The notes beneath the pieces are model-generated. The model did no database searches and was not told the origin of the DNA. It saw nothing but the letters and a program-made list of their open reading frames with translations. A program made the position numbers and the translations under genes. DNA of 64,000 nucleotides, taken from assembly GCF_009914755.1 (NCBI RefSeq), contig NC_060929.1; one strand, given 5' to 3'. Below are positions 44,421 to 59,132 of this stretch, piece by piece. Source of the stretch: the human T2T-CHM13v2.0 reference genome, Homo sapiens. The first letter of the stretch is position 1; each line of letters starts with the position of its first letter.

Positions 44421-45640
44421 GATATGAAAAAATGCTCAACATTACTAATCATCAGAGAAATGCAAATTAAAATCACAGTGAGATTTTACCTCCCACCTGT
44501 TAGAATTGTTATCATCAGAAAGACAAAAGATGAGTGTTGGTAAAGATGTGGAAGGAAGGGAACACTTGCACACTGTTGATGGGAATGTAAATTAGTACAG
44601 CCATTATGAAAAATATGGAGATTTCTCAAAAAATTATAGAGGCCAGGTACAGTGGCTCACACCTGTAATCCCAACAATTTGGGAGACTGAGGTGGGCAGA
44701 TTTCTTGAGCCCAGGACGTCGAGACCATCCTGGGCAACATGGTGAAACCCCAGCTCTACAAAAAATACAAAAATTAGCTAGGCATGGCAGCCTGTGCTTG
44801 TAGTCTCAGCTACTTGGGAGGCTGAAGTGGGAGGATCACCTGAGCTTAGGAAGTTGAAGCTATGGTGAGCCGTCATGGTGCCACTACCCTCCAGCCTGGG
44901 TGACAAACTGATACCTTATCTCAAAAATAAATAAATAAGTAAAACAAAAATAGAACTATCATACAATACAGGAATCCTAGTACTAAGTCTATATTCAAAT
45001 AAAATGAAACCAGTATGTGAAAGAGATATTTGCACTACCATGTTCATTGCAATGCACTACAATGTCAATGCCATCATATATAATAAAACAACCTAAGCAT
45101 CCATCGGTTGATGAATGGATATATAAAATGTGTTTATATATATACCGTGGAACGCTATTTAGCCAAAAGGGAAGGAAAATATGATCATTTGTGACAACAT
45201 AGATGAGCCTAGGGGACATTAAGTTAAGTTAAATAAGCCAGGCACAGAAAGAAAAATACCAAATGATCTCACTTATATGTGGAACTTAAAAAAAAATTGA
45301 TTTAGTAGAAGTAGAGAATAGAATACTGGTTACCAGGGGCTGGGAAAATGTTAGTCAAAGGACAGAAAATTTCCATCGGATAGGAAGAATAAGTTTAATA
45401 GATCTATTGTGCAACCTGATGACTGCAGTTAATAACAACATATTGTATTCTTGAAAAATACTGAGAGTGAATATTGTGTTTGCACCACAAAAAGTGATCA
45501 CTGTATATAGTACTGCCTATGTCAATTAGCTGGATTTAGTCATTCCACAATGTGTAGATACTTCAAAATATCATATTATATATAATAATTATATACAATT
45601 TTATCTGTCAATTTAAAAACATTAAAACAAAAAATATAAA
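44421..45640 (+). mobile_element. L1MA5-7-like 3' fragment
   Basis: AAAATGCTCAACATTACTAATCATCAGAGAAATGCAAATT...AATTAGCTGGATTTAGTCATTCCACAATG...TTATCTGTCAATTTAAAAA. Confidence 0.8.
44641..44950 (+). mobile_element. AluJ (Jb-like) inserted in L1MA
   Basis: GGCCAGGTACAGTGGCTCACACCTGTAATCCC...CTTGAGCCCAGG...CTGGGCAACATGG, A-rich tail. Confidence 0.93.
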
Positions 45641-46044
45641 ATATAATAGTTTGAAATAGATACCTACAAATTAACTGTAAATATTTTACAAGGGAAACGG
45701 ATGGCATACATTAAAGAGAGAGAAAAAGAAAAAGACGGAGAGGAAAAAACAGGAATAAATATCTGTCACAGATAAAACAAAGGCTTGTTATCCATTATAA
45801 ATATCATAAATCTATCATAGATATCACAAATTAATTAAAAAACCCTAATTTTTTAAATGTATAAATATATAAGCAGGCAATATAAGCAGGAAGAATGATT
45901 TTAAAATTACAGAAAATATGTAAGTACATCCTTAACTTCACTGGTAATCAAATAATTATAAATGTATTTATTGGTCATCAGCTTTCCAAAGAAAAAAAAT
46001 TTAGAAATTGCTAATACTGAGAGTTGTGAAGGTGTGGGAAATGA

Positions 46045-46455
<411 letters not shown>

Positions 46456-48059
46456 CTCCAATCACTTTTGATTGCAGAAACTTCACTGGCATTTAGAGTT
46501 ATACATAATCACAGATATATGCATGTGTACATATGCGCATGGATGTTCTTTACAGCACTGTTTGTAATATTGGGAAAAAGTGGAAATAATCTATATTGCC
46601 ATCGTTAATAAAAAGGTTAAGAAATCATATGATTCTATGGTATAAACTACTATGGAGCTTTTCTTCCTTACATGAAATAGTATTCTATGTACACAATGAA
46701 ATTATCTTTAAGACATTTTGAAAAGTATAATGAAGCTAGCTGAATAACATGCATAGTGTAGGATTTCATTTATGTAAAATGGCACACAACATGCACCTGT
46801 GTGTATGCACATGTGTATTTGAACATATAGAAACATCTGTAGAAGTAAATCTACCCCATTTGATAATGATTATCTGAAAGAAAAGAGTGAGATTAAAGGC
46901 AATAAGGTAGAAGTGAGGAGACTTTTACTATTCTACGGATTCTTTTGAAATTTTTTAAACTTCAAACATTACTACATTTAATTTAATTATTAAAGGACAA
47001 TTTAAAAGTGAGAGCTAAATACAGTAACTACCGTTATTGGCATTCAAAGATATGTTTTAATAAAAGATGAAACAAATGTTTTGAACAATGGGTAGAGCAG
47101 GTAAGATCAATCTCTCTGTAACAAATACAAGCGTTTATCGTTTTGTTGGAGTCAGAGCCAAATCTCAAATCTGACATTTTAGTTATTTCTTTAATTTGAA
47201 TGTCTTGACTGCAGTAAAAGCTGCCTAGTTGTTTCTAGGAGGGATGAGGAAAACTCAGAGACACTCCCTTTCCATGTGCCTTAGAGCCCGGAGCCACAGG
47301 GAGGACACCCCCGGGCAGCTAGGGGTTTGAGAGCTTTTGTGTGCAGCTGCAAGAACTTATGCCCACAATTTCACTGTGTTCAGTCTGAAAGAACAGAGAG
47401 AGTCATCAAATCGCCTGAATAGAGGGAACATTTTCTATTGAACCATCTACTGGGCTAAATTAATTGAGCAATGGAACATGACAGTTCAATAGGTGAGATT
47501 ATCAAAAGAAAACTGCCCCCCTAGGGCAGGAGCCTCAGATGGGTGCCTGAGCTTTTCCGAGAAAAGTGATTGCTTCATGATAAAAATATAATTGCCCCCT
47601 ATTGTTACATTGCCCTTTAATGAATCCCATCCAGCACCTAAATATGACAAATAGGAAGGGATAGTGTGCAAGAGGGTTGACAGTTACATCTGATGTTAAA
47701 CCATATCAGGCTACGTGGCTTTGAAAAGTTGCCGGCCTTTGTCTTGTTAAATCAAAGAATCTTGTCTTGGGTGCTTCAGCTGGACTTTCAATGTAAAACT
47801 TGAAAAATGTTACATCTTATTTTAAATGACCCAAATAAGTTAATCTCAGAAAAAAAAAAGGCTTTTTTTTTGTGAGAAAAACATAAAATAATAAGTGAAA
47901 GGAGCTTTGTAATTTATTTAATTATTCCTTTATTAGTTGGCCAAAAAAATGTGAGTGAAGGATTAGTTATAATGACAGCATCCATCATTTAAGGGAATCA
48001 ATGTTCTTATTTGGTGCACAAAATATCTTAATGTTCAATGTTTAAACAGCTTAACTCTA

Positions 48060-48790
48060 ATTAGCTAGGATGCTTCCAGCTAGAAGGAATTGAACACTTA
48101 GCTCAAACTGGCTTAAACAACAATGGCATTTATTTGTTCACATGTCTGAAAGTCCAGGGGTAGGGCAAGCTTCAGGATTGATTTAATCTTATGTTTCCAG
48201 TGCTGTTTCATTGTGATTCTCTAGACCAACACCATCCAATAGATCTTTCTCTAATAATAGAAATGTTCTTTTTCAACACTATCCAATGTTAACCATTAGC
48301 CACATGTGGCACTGGAAAAGTGCAAGTGACTTTTAGAAACTAATTTTTTATATTATTTAATTCTCAGTAAGTTAAGTTTAAATTTAATAACCACTTAGGG
48401 CTAGTACCTTCTGTATTAGACAGTGCAACACTACACTGTTTCCCCCTTACATACTGTGTGACAGCATCACTCACAGGTTTATAATGTGTTGGCAGCAACC
48501 AATCAAACATGAAATCATTCAGATCAAAACAAAAAATAGCTATGAAAGTTCACCCAGAAGAGCAAATTCCTTCTTTTCACACTGCATTGGCCAAAACTAG
48601 ATCATAAGCCTATTTCTGAACTGATTACTTGCAAAAAGATGATATAATCATTAGTCCTCTTGTGCCCATTCCTGTAATAGGAGGGGAGTTGGCTTCCTCT
48701 GGGAGGAAGGGCTGTGGGCTTCCTCTGGGGCCCATAGGCAGGGTGAGATGGATGACAAATATTAGTGTTTGCATGGGAGGAAGAAAAGGA
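48060..48790. mobile_element. Old MLT1-type MaLR LTR interrupted by a MER3-like element
   Basis: CTCAAACTGGCTTAAACAAC...TTTATTTGTTCACAT...GAAAGTCCAGGGGTAG and CATTGGCCAAAACTAGATCATAAGCC are typical MLT1J/K/L phrases. Confidence 0.5.
48226..48430. mobile_element. MER3-like hAT-Charlie MITE
   Basis: TCCAATAGATCTTTCT...TAGCCACATGTGGC...ATAACCACTTAGGGCTAGT...TATTAGACAGTGCA. Confidence 0.7.
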
Positions 48791-50729
48791 TGCAGTGAGT
48801 GCAACTAACTACATCCCTCCTTGCTCTTTAAATTGCAGTTCGTACCAACTAGTCAAAAGTGAGCCAAATATCTGCACTTTGGTTCCTGCCACTACCTCAT
48901 ATCTAATATCCTCACTCTGCCAGTCTGCCAAAAATTACTGGGAAAAACTTCTCCTTATGAGATTTCTGCTCATATCCTCAGTAGGGTTGCTAAAAGTGAC
49001 CACAATCTGCCCCTTTCCTATCCCTCTATGGATCAACTATATTCCCTGACATTCAAAAACCACTAAACTTTCACTTGAGTCTCATAAAGCTCCTGCTCTT
49101 CTGTTTTGATGTAGCCATACTTAGATTATTGCAGTTTTCTACCATGCTCCCTCTCAGTTAACATATTTCAAATTTATTATATTTCTTTATATGAAACTCC
49201 TTGCCACCATCGTCACAAGACATTTTCTCTTCCAAGAAAGCTTCCTAGACCCATCCAAGTCTTAAGTTCGGCATTCTGTTTTGTGCTTCTATAGTGTTCC
49301 AATCTTTCACTATCTTAGCCCTTCTCAGACTCTTGTTTCCTTTATTTGTTCGTGTTCGTCTTCCATTGAACTGAAAGGTCTACAATGTCAGGGATTTGCT
49401 CTTATTCACTTAAATATTGTTAATGTATATCACACGTATGTAGCAGGCAATCAATAGCTTTCTGACTTTATAAATGATACATGCTGAATAGATGAATTGG
49501 TTAATAAGTGAATAGGGTTGCCAGTCTATATCTAATATATCACATCATATAATACATATATTTGTAACCCTAAAAATTCCTACATATATTTATGACACAT
49601 ATAAAATGCTTCAACTAGTAATATTTTCATAGTCAAGTTCTTAACATATATTATTTTCTAAATTAAAGATGTGCTGCTAACTTAGTTCCCAGATTTTGAT
49701 TCACCAACATTGGCAAGACTCTCCTGATTCAGAAACTTCATAGTTGATCTTTTGGGAATCTACAGAATTTCATTTTCAGCATCTGTATGCAACGCAGTAT
49801 AAGTCTTTATTTCCAAATAGATCATCTCATTTAAAAGGCTGGAAGTCCTTTGGGAAGTAGATAAACCATTGGAGCAGACCCTAAATAACGAGACACAAAG
49901 TCCTAGAGTGAGCCTCCCATGCAAATACTCTGTTTTTATTCAATACAGCAGGCTTTTCATCATTATTTGTTTTGTGCTGACTGCAGAAACCCATTTCTGT
50001 CTTTCTCTCTGCATCACTAATTAAAAGCTTTAAGGAGTTAAGACTCAATACAGCAAAGTAAGTCATGCTTTATTGTCATCATCCATTATGTGAATCTGCT
50101 GGACTATATACAGTCCTGCATTCCCAGGAAAAGAAAACTACAACTCTTAAAGCCCTTTCTCTTTAGAGAGGAAAATTTATTTATTAAATGCAGAAGTAAA
50201 AGTAGATATTCTCCACTTTCCTATGTATATGTAACTTTAATCTTAGATTTTAGCCCTTTATTTCCATAGAAAATAGGTTAGAAGCACATTGAGGACAACA
50301 GCTGAGTATCTAGGAACATAACCAAGAAGGCGTATATTTGACTACAGAGTCAGAAAAGGTGCTAGTGTAACAAAGTTGTTCCTCCTATGGAAGCTCACAG
50401 AGGGGCTACACTGGAAATTTATGGACATGTATTCTTGATTTATAAAACCCACACATGTCCTGATGCTCAATATGTATGTATAAAAAGAAACTAATAATTT
50501 TTAAAAATTTAACCAACACTTTTACACAAGCTACAATTTCAACCTTAGAGACATAATAGTTAAAATACAGATTATTGAGAACCCACTAGAATGGCACTTC
50601 ATAAAAAGCTACTAACAGTGGAATGAATAAGACTATGTAAGGTAGCTTAGCCTTTAATAGCAGTAAGTAAGGGGGAACACCAAATAAAGTAGTCATCACC
50701 TACAAAAGTCAGTTCTTTTTACCCTTAAA

Positions 50730-52500
50730 AGCACTCATTTATTTGTTTATTCAACAAATAGTTATTGCTCAACTATAACATGCTAGACATGGAAAGATCT
50801 CCGTCCATAAGTAGACCATTGCTCAATAGATAAAATAACTATTTGCAAATATAAATTATAAAATCTAATTGATATTGTTTGATACATGGGTGTACCAAAT
50901 AAAAATGGTAGAAATGAATTATAATAATTAATCTTGACTTTCAAGCTGGGGAAACTTTCATAGAAGAGGGATGATATGGTCTGGCTGTGTCCCCACCCAA
51001 ATCTTATCTTCAATTGTATCTAATCCCCATGTGTCAAGGGAGGGACCTGGTGGGAGGTAATTGAATCATAGGGGTGGTTTCCCCCATGTTGTTCTCATGA
51101 TAGTGAGTTCTCACAAGATCTGATGGCTTTATAACCATCTGACATTTCCCCTGCTGGCACTCATTCTCTCTCCTGCTGCCCTGTGAAGAGATGACTTCCG
51201 CCATGATTGTAAGTTTTCTGAGGCCTCCGCAGCCATGTGGAACTGTGAGTCAATTAAACCCCTTTTCTTTATAAATTACCCAGTCTCAGGTATTTCTTCA
51301 TAGCAGCATGAGAATGGACTAACACATGGGGCCACTTTTGTATGGAACTTGAGACTCATATGAGTTTGGTAGAGGTATGCAGAGGGAAAAAGATTCCTTC
51401 AGGCATATGTAAAAGTATGAAGGCATATACTGCATAATATACTTAGGAAATAAAAGAGATCCATGCAGACAGAGAAAGATATCCTTGAAGAAAACTGTCA
51501 AAAGACTAATATGAAAAGATAATTGGGGTCAGAAAGGCAAAGAACCTTATAGCATAATCTACCTTGAACTTGTTCTATAGATAATAAGGTAGGCTTTTAA
51601 GCAGCATAGGACAAACATAAATCACACATTTTAAAAGATTTTTCTGACAAAAAGGAAGAGAAAGACATGAAGCAGGGAGAGATTGGGAAAGAAGTTCCTT
51701 TGATACCATTAGGGGAAATGATAAGCATTTGGATGAAGACACTCCAGGGGGCAGTGAGCAGGGGATGCAGGTACAGAGGACATGGGAGAGGTAGGCAGTC
51801 TTTGTTGATTTTATGGGGTGGCAGCCATAAGAAATGAGTTAAGGATGGTTAAGGCAACTGGTTCAGTGATAAAAATATCATGCTGGATAGGAAATACTAA
51901 AAGAAAAGTACAGTTAAAAAGAAAGGGAGTTTAATTATAGACATGCTGAATCTCTCATATCTCTAGGACCACTAGAGGCAGTTGCTCAGTGAGCTGATGA
52001 GAATATTGATCTGGAGCTCAGGAAGAAGGTTAGAGCCAGAGGTATAGAAACTGGAGTTATAGCTATAAAGATGATTTGTTCTCTGAAAGTAGATGAGATT
52101 TTCCACATTCAGAGAATGTAAAACACATTTACACAGACATGTAAAACAAAAATGGAAGAGCGTGCAAAGTACACTTATGGAGTTCACTCAACTAACTAAC
52201 TAAATAATACACAGAGGTTGAAGGGTCTCTGACAGGACAACTGGAATGAAGAACTTTTTTGTTTTTTGTTTTTTCAAAAGTAAGAGTGGAGAGAAATCTG
52301 CAGGACCAGATGCTACTAGGAAGTATAACTAAATAGAAAAAGAAAGTCCCTGGATATAGGTAAAGGGAGATCTATAGTGATTTGAGTGATGTTTTTTCTG
52401 TTCAAGTCATGTAGACAGAAGCTGAATGCAGTGCGTTGGATTGTTGATCACTATTCTAGGAAGGCTGGCAGTATAGACAAAGGGAGAGGACAAGAGTAGG
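50730..52500 (-). mobile_element. L2 fragments flanking the THE1 LTR
   Basis: CATTTATTTGTTTATTCAACAAATAG (reverse L2 tail); GATCTGGAGCTCAGGAAGAAGGTTAGAGCCAGAG. Confidence 0.6.
50972..51326 (+). mobile_element. THE1 (C/D-like) MaLR solo LTR
   Basis: TGATATGGTCTGGCTGTGTCCCCACCCAAATC...ATAGCAGCATGAGAATGGACTAACACA, about 355 bp. Confidence 0.93.
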
Positions 52501-53956
52501 TAAATACAGTCATACATACCATTGTGAATAAAGGAGGTATACCTATTAATAAGGGACACTAAAATGCCAAACTTTGGCAAAAATATATTTTTTAGAAGTA
52601 TTGTGTTTCTAATTTCACCAGTTGTTAGTCTGTAATCTAGATCCTCCATCAGCTAATTGAAAATTAAAAGTATTAAAGAAATAAATACCTGTGGGTAAGT
52701 TGGTACTTAATATTTTAGCACTATGCCCTCTTGAATGTACCCTGTCTATGACAACATTTAATTATGTGTTTGGGACAGTGGTATTGGGAAGCAGCTATCA
52801 GCAATACTTATGCGCGATCATTAGCATCATTGTCACAGTCATAATATGAAATAAATGGGGTATAGTTTTATTCTGAAGAGACCTTATTTTGCTTTTCTTT
52901 GTTCTCTGCTAGCTAGCTACAACATTTAATTACTTAGGATACAATAAACATAATATCTGTGAGCTATGCATAATTGTCTTCCAGTTCCAGTGAGAATCAC
53001 TTATATTTTCCCCCTGAAGTTAAAAATTGAAACCGAAATGCAAACTAGATGACTCATATATAAGATCAAAGCCCTGTGGTGTGTCTTTCTATTCTGGATA
53101 CATCTGTCACCTTTAAAATGAAACAGTTTCTTCCCACTTGAATTTGTACTTAAATCTTTTAAATAGTCTGAGTCTGAATTAGATTTGGGTTCTAAAAGCT
53201 TATTCATGCTATTTTTGTGCTTATGAATGTGGACACCTGGTTACATTGAAGGTATTAGTCTGATTTAGCCTATTTTTTTTAGTTTCCAATGTGAGTCAGT
53301 ATAGGCTTGATGCAAGAAAAAACCTTAAGCCTAGCCAAGGCAGACTGTTACATTCCCTACACTAGTAGTATAACTGTGGCTCTGAGACTGAAGTGGATCT
53401 TTTCCTATCATGTGACCCAAACTTCCAGGAATGAAATCACTTTTACTTTGTTATTCCTGAGTCTAGTACATTAAGTGGCACATGCAAGGTTATATTTTAT
53501 ATTAACTAAAGAAGTAGCGACCTAAGTTGAAACTAAATTTGCTACCATTTATTTAGGTAATTCCCACCACTGCTCACCATCTTGCTGTTGTGTTTTCAAA
53601 ACTTCTGTTCATCTCCTACAAGCAGCTCAGTCCTCAGGGCAAGCCTCCTCCAATCCTTGGCCTCGAAGAAGACAAAATCTTTGATATTGTGCTCAAATCC
53701 ATACAACACATACACTGTAATGTCTCTCAACTCCAAAATATTAGTTTTCACTCAACAATAAAACTTACATAGATGGTTAGTCTGTATCCGTTTAAAATTA
53801 TTATTTAATCATGTATGTTAAGTTGGATCTCATGCATTTTATTACATCACATAAATATGCTTGATAATGCACTAATCCAATGAAAAAAATCACTTTAGTT
53901 GAACACAAATGTACTTTTATACCTGCTGGACTGAGCGATTAGGTAGGTGTAGAAAC

Positions 53957-54410
53957 TACAGTAGGCAGTTTCTGACATCGCTTCCAATTATTCCCACCTC
54001 CCGGTCTTCATGCCCTGTGTTAATTTCTCCCCTTGAGTGGAGGCTGGATCTAGTGATTTGCTTCTAATGAACAAAATAGCACGAAAGTGATGGGATATCG
54101 CTTCCGTGATTAGTTTATAAAAGACGGTGACTTCTGCCTTAGTAGGAAGCTCTCTCTTACTGACTTTGATGAAGGAGGTGCTATATTTGAGAGGCATGGA
54201 ACTGAGAGTATCCAATGGCCAGTAATAGCCAATGATAAATTGACATCTTCCTTGCAGGAGCCCTGAGGAACTGAACTCTGTCAGCAATCACATAAGTGAT
54301 CTTGGAAGTGGATTCTTCCTTAGTAGAGCCTTTCAGGTAACACTCCCAAAGCTTGATTGAAGCCTTGTAAGAGGCTGTGATGATTGAAGCTGATTTAGTT
54401 GATATGAGAG

Positions 54411-54448
<38 letters not shown>

Positions 54449-54582
54449 GACTGTAATACATAGGGCCTAACTAATTTGTGCCCAGATTCTGGACCCGCAG
54501 AAACTGAGATATTAAATGTGTACTATATTAAACTGCTAAGTTTTGAGGGTAATTTGTTACAGAGCTACAGATAACTAAAACA
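53957..54582 (+). mobile_element. MLT1E/F-like MaLR solo LTR containing (GA)n
   Basis: CCCCTTGAGTGGAGGCTGGATCTAGTGATTTGCTTCTAATG...GGTAATTTGTTACAGAGCTACAGATAACTAAAACA. Confidence 0.8.
54416..54444. repeat. (GA)n microsatellite
   Basis: About 14 GA units. Confidence 0.93.
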
Positions 54583-56389
54583 TTTAACATTCATCAAATG
54601 GTAATTAAGCAGGACTGTAGGACTGTTCAATAGCTAGTGAAAAACAGGATTGAGAAGAAAAAAAGACATTCTCAAATAGATAATGATCCTAACTTTATTC
54701 TTTAACAATAGTGTCAGGTCCTCATCCAATTCTTATTTACTCTTACTTCAGAGACAATTCTAAAAATCTACATTATCAGATTTTCCAACAAACAAACAAC
54801 AGAAGCAAATTTTTAAAAAATTGCGGTGGAAACTAAAATACATCCATATCACCAGCAGTTAGATGTGACTCTAGGGAATCCAATAGGAAAGAAAGAATGT
54901 ATTTTGAGGCTAAGTTTCAATAAGATAATTTAATGCATGAAAAAACAAAGTTTAAAAATTCTTTGACAGAATATATTCAATACATTAAAATATTTAAGAT
55001 ATTAAGAACTGTTAATAAAAGCTTGGAATATAATTTTAAAATAATTCTAAATATTTTTAAATAGATTGTAATTTCAATAAACTTTGGAAAGATTTATTAC
55101 AACAGCATTTACATTGGCATTGAAAATAAACTATTTACTTCAACATTTGTTTTATAGAGTAATTTATTCCTAAATGAAGCTGGGTAAATGAAGTGCTGCT
55201 TTTATAAAGAATTGTGTTTGGAATAAGTCATTATGTCCATCTCATGCTTTCAAGAAAATTTAAACCATCACCGAAAGAGGAGAAGGTGACCTGCGTGTGA
55301 AAACCTCCAAAAAAGAGATTAGAGTTTCATTGGTTACACATTCTATGCCTTAATAAATATCACTGTCAGAAAATTCTCATATCTAACATAAATCACTTTG
55401 GTTTCACTTCAAGCCCAAATAGTTGTGTTCTCTGTATCACACAGATGGAAGACAGTTGGTGGCTGAGCTCTGTGAAGATACCATAAGAGACTTGAAAACA
55501 AGTTTCACCCGCTGGAATCCTTTACACTGATTGATTCATAGCTCAGAGCTTTTAAATAACAGTGGTGTCACTGCCATCCCTACTCCAGAGCCACTCTAGA
55601 GATATGCTTTAATTGACCCTCATGGTATAGAGTTTTGAAAAGATGAAAGTCAATATTTTGAGAGTCAAGAAAACAGCTCTTTCCATAAATTGCACACAGA
55701 AGGGCCTATGGCTATGAAAATTCCAAACAAATACGTTCCCACTTTCTCATCACATTTGTTCAAATATTTGGAAATCACTCTCTAATCACTATTATTTTCT
55801 CCTGTAGAATGAAAATCTTAATCTTCCTTCTACCGATTCTTTCTGTTAATATGAACTTGGGATCTCTTCACTATTCTGATCTTTTCATCTGGACACATTA
55901 CGGCATGTTTCTATGTTTTTCCAAATTTCATTTTCTCTTTTATTAGCATATAACTCTCATATTCTCTCGATGGACTATGACTGTGACTGAGACTAATGGT
56001 ATATTTTGTCTACCTACTCTACCTACTGCAATTTTAAAAGCTTTTTTTTGCTTTATTTTCAGAAATTTGTATTTAAATGTGCTAAAATATTGTTTTTGAT
56101 TTTCAAATTCAAAATAGTATTATTATATTGAATATATTTGATTATATTGAATATTATATTAATATTATATTCAAACTAAGCATTTCTACCTGTGATTTTT
56201 ATACCACCAGGAGACCTATGTCACTTACCTTCAGTTCACAATAATTACACATCAGTTTGAATTTTTTCTCAGATTATGCGACGTTAAGAATTAGTTATAA
56301 TACTCTAAATATTATTTGAAGTAATATAGACTTCAAAGAGATGTTTAATTTCATTCATATGGCAATATATTTATCACATCAACCAACCA

Positions 56390-56718
56390 GGGCAGTTTAC
56401 TGAAGTTTTGACCTTCAGAGATTTTATTGAGTCTTTATTATGTAGGTGTGATTAATTGATTGATTTCCCATGTGTTTGAACTTAATCTTCCTTTAAATTG
56501 AACCACATGACCAAAAGCCCCTACTCTGAAGTGGCCAACCCCCATCCTAAATCACATGGTTAGCCTGTCTAGCATGGCCAGCCACCAATCTAACTGTCTA
56601 ATGTGGCAAGCCCCACCCTAAGCAAAGGCACTCCTGTCAGATATTACATAGATTAGATTCCAGAAGACAAGACAAAGGCCAGACCTCTTTTTTGACAAGG
56701 GAAATTTTTTACTACACA
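56390..56718. mobile_element. MER21-like LTR fragment
   Basis: Ends AAAGGCCAGACCTCTTTTTTGACAAGGGAAATTTTTTACTACACA, as in MER21B/C. Confidence 0.65.
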
Positions 56719-56719
56719 C

Positions 56720-58830
56720 AGACAATCTCTGCTTTTTAAGTGACGTAGTTAGACCATTAACATTTAGGTAATTATTGATATGGTTGAATTTAATGCCATC
56801 ATTTTAAAATTTGCCTTCTATTTGTCTTATCTGATTTTTTCCTCTCTTTATGACTTTTGCATTGATTAATATTGATTTAATTTTAACTCCACTATTAATT
56901 TATTAGTTACATCTGTTTGTTTTTATTCTTAGTAATTGCTTTAGAGTTTATAATGTACATACTTAACTATTACAGTCTAGCTTCAAATATTATTATCATT
57001 TTATTGTATGATGTATGAGAACCTGACATCAGTATACATCCATTATATCTCTCTTGGCCTTACTTAGTTTTATATGTCATATATTTAAACATGGTATATA
57101 TCTTTTGATACATTCTTATTATTTTCATTTCAAACATTTGATTATCTTTCAGAGGAATAAAAAATAAGAAACATTATATTACTCATATATATAATTTGTG
57201 GAGATATAAATTCCTTTTTATAGTTCCAAATTGTTATCAGGTATCATCTTCCTTTTGTCTTTAACCTTTCTTGCCATGCAGGACCATGGTTATAAATACT
57301 CTCAACTTTTTTTTAACTGAGAAATGGTTGTTATGTTTTGCTGGCTGAGAAATTCTAGGTTAATGTTTTTTCTTTCACTGTTTTAAAGATGTCATTCCAC
57401 TATGCCCTGGCTTGCATTCTTTCTGATAACAATTTCTGCTGTTATTTTTTATTGCTGTTTCTTTGTGAGTGGAGTATCTTTTTGCTCTCACTGCTTTAAA
57501 TTTATTTTTGTTATCAATAATTCATTGAAGTTGATTATGGTGGGCCTCGTTGTTTTATTTAGCTTTATTCTGCTTGAAGTTCATTAGGAAGATGTTGTGA
57601 TCTTATTTTTTCACATATTTGTATGTGCTTTCTTCTTTTCCTTTAGTCTTATTTTGGTATTCCAGTTATACATATATTATTAGGCCATATAAACTTATTC
57701 CACAGCTCTCTGATACTCTGTTCAGTTTTATTTTCCTTGTGTTTACTTTTGATGTTTCTCTTGCTATATCTTCAAGCTCATTAATTTCTTCTGCTGTAAT
57801 ATCTAATATACCCTCAGTATCATATGATATGTGTTTTTTTTCTTAGACATTATAGTTTTTATTTCCAGAAATTTGATTTGGGTCTTTCTTATATATTTTA
57901 CATCTCTAATGTTCAATCAGTCTTCCTTCTTGCTTCTTCAACATATAGAATGTCATTTTAAAAACTGGTTTGATTTTATTTTCTACTAATTTTATCATCT
58001 GAATAGTTTCTGGGTTCTTTTAATTTGTTGATTTTTTTCATCTTGATGAGTTACATTTTTCTGCTTCTTTTCACTTCTGGTGATTTTAGATGTGCTGTAG
58101 ATACTGTGCATCTTATCTTATTTGATTTGGATATATTTGTAATTCCTACAAATATTCTTAAGCTTAATTCTTAGATGTAGTTAAGTAACTTGGAAAAAGT
58201 TTTATCCTTTTGGGTCTTGTTTTTAACTTACACCAAACAGGTGAAAAGCCTCATTTTAAAAAGGGCAGATTTTGTGTCATTACTGATGTAAAAACCTTCT
58301 AAAAAGGCTGCCTGATACTGTTTTTCAATTTTGCTGGTGGTAAAAGGAATGATTTACATATTTGCGTTTTAAAGATAGTTCCATCTAATCCTTTCAAAGG
58401 TTAATTTCCCAGCCTTGATTAATTTTCCCGCATGAATGACTTTATAAGTGTTCAGCTGATAGACTTGAGGGAGAACTATGGATATCTGAAATTCTACCTC
58501 TGTGTATTTCTTTCCTTTCTGGTATTCTGCTGCAAATTCTAACTACATAGGCCTCCTTCATTTCCCAATTCTGTCTCTTCAATTTAGGAAGACTTTCTGG
58601 TCTTGCTTGAGTTTCTCATCATGTTCTGAAAACTCTCTCCAGGTAGTAAGCTGGGATAGTGACATAGCTCATCTCCTGTTTTTACGCCTTATAGATCACT
58701 GTCCTTTATTTCCTGGCATCCAATCTTTTCAAACCATTGTTTAAAATCTACTTCTGGTTTTTTTTTTTAATTGTTTCAGGTAATAGGTTAAATCTACTTC
58801 CTTTAATTTCACCTTGGCCAGAAGTGTAAG
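56720..58830 (-). mobile_element. Ancient L1M 5'/ORF1-side fragment
   Basis: T-rich reverse L1 text: AAATTCTAGGTT...TTTTAAAGATGTCATTCCACT; GCTATATCTTCAAGCTCATTAATT. Confidence 0.6.
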
Positions 58831-59132
58831 TATTATTTACATTTTTCATATTAAACGAAATTAGTAAAAGCAAATTGCCCAGTTTTCCACTTACTGATAG
58901 GATGCAAACTTTTAGTATTAGGCAAAATTCCCTGGGATGCTAAATATTTACTCTTGAATTGAATGGTGTGCATGAATACAGTGATTAATTGGGATTTTTG
59001 AGGTATTTAATAGAAAATACTGATTTAAGTAAAATCTAATAATAAAAATCTAACTTTCAGCAAATTGAAATTAGTTAGTATTTTTATGTTAACAGGAAAG
59101 GGGTAAAGAAACTTTTTTAAAGTATTAATTCC

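Noticed and set aside
47510-47530. CTCF-like TGCCCCCCTAGGGC
   Set aside because: An extra C breaks the spacing of the CCASYAGRKGGCR core.
56105-56175. AT-rich quasi-palindromic ATATTATATTGA repeats
   Set aside because: Low-complexity AT sequence where imperfect symmetry is expected by chance.
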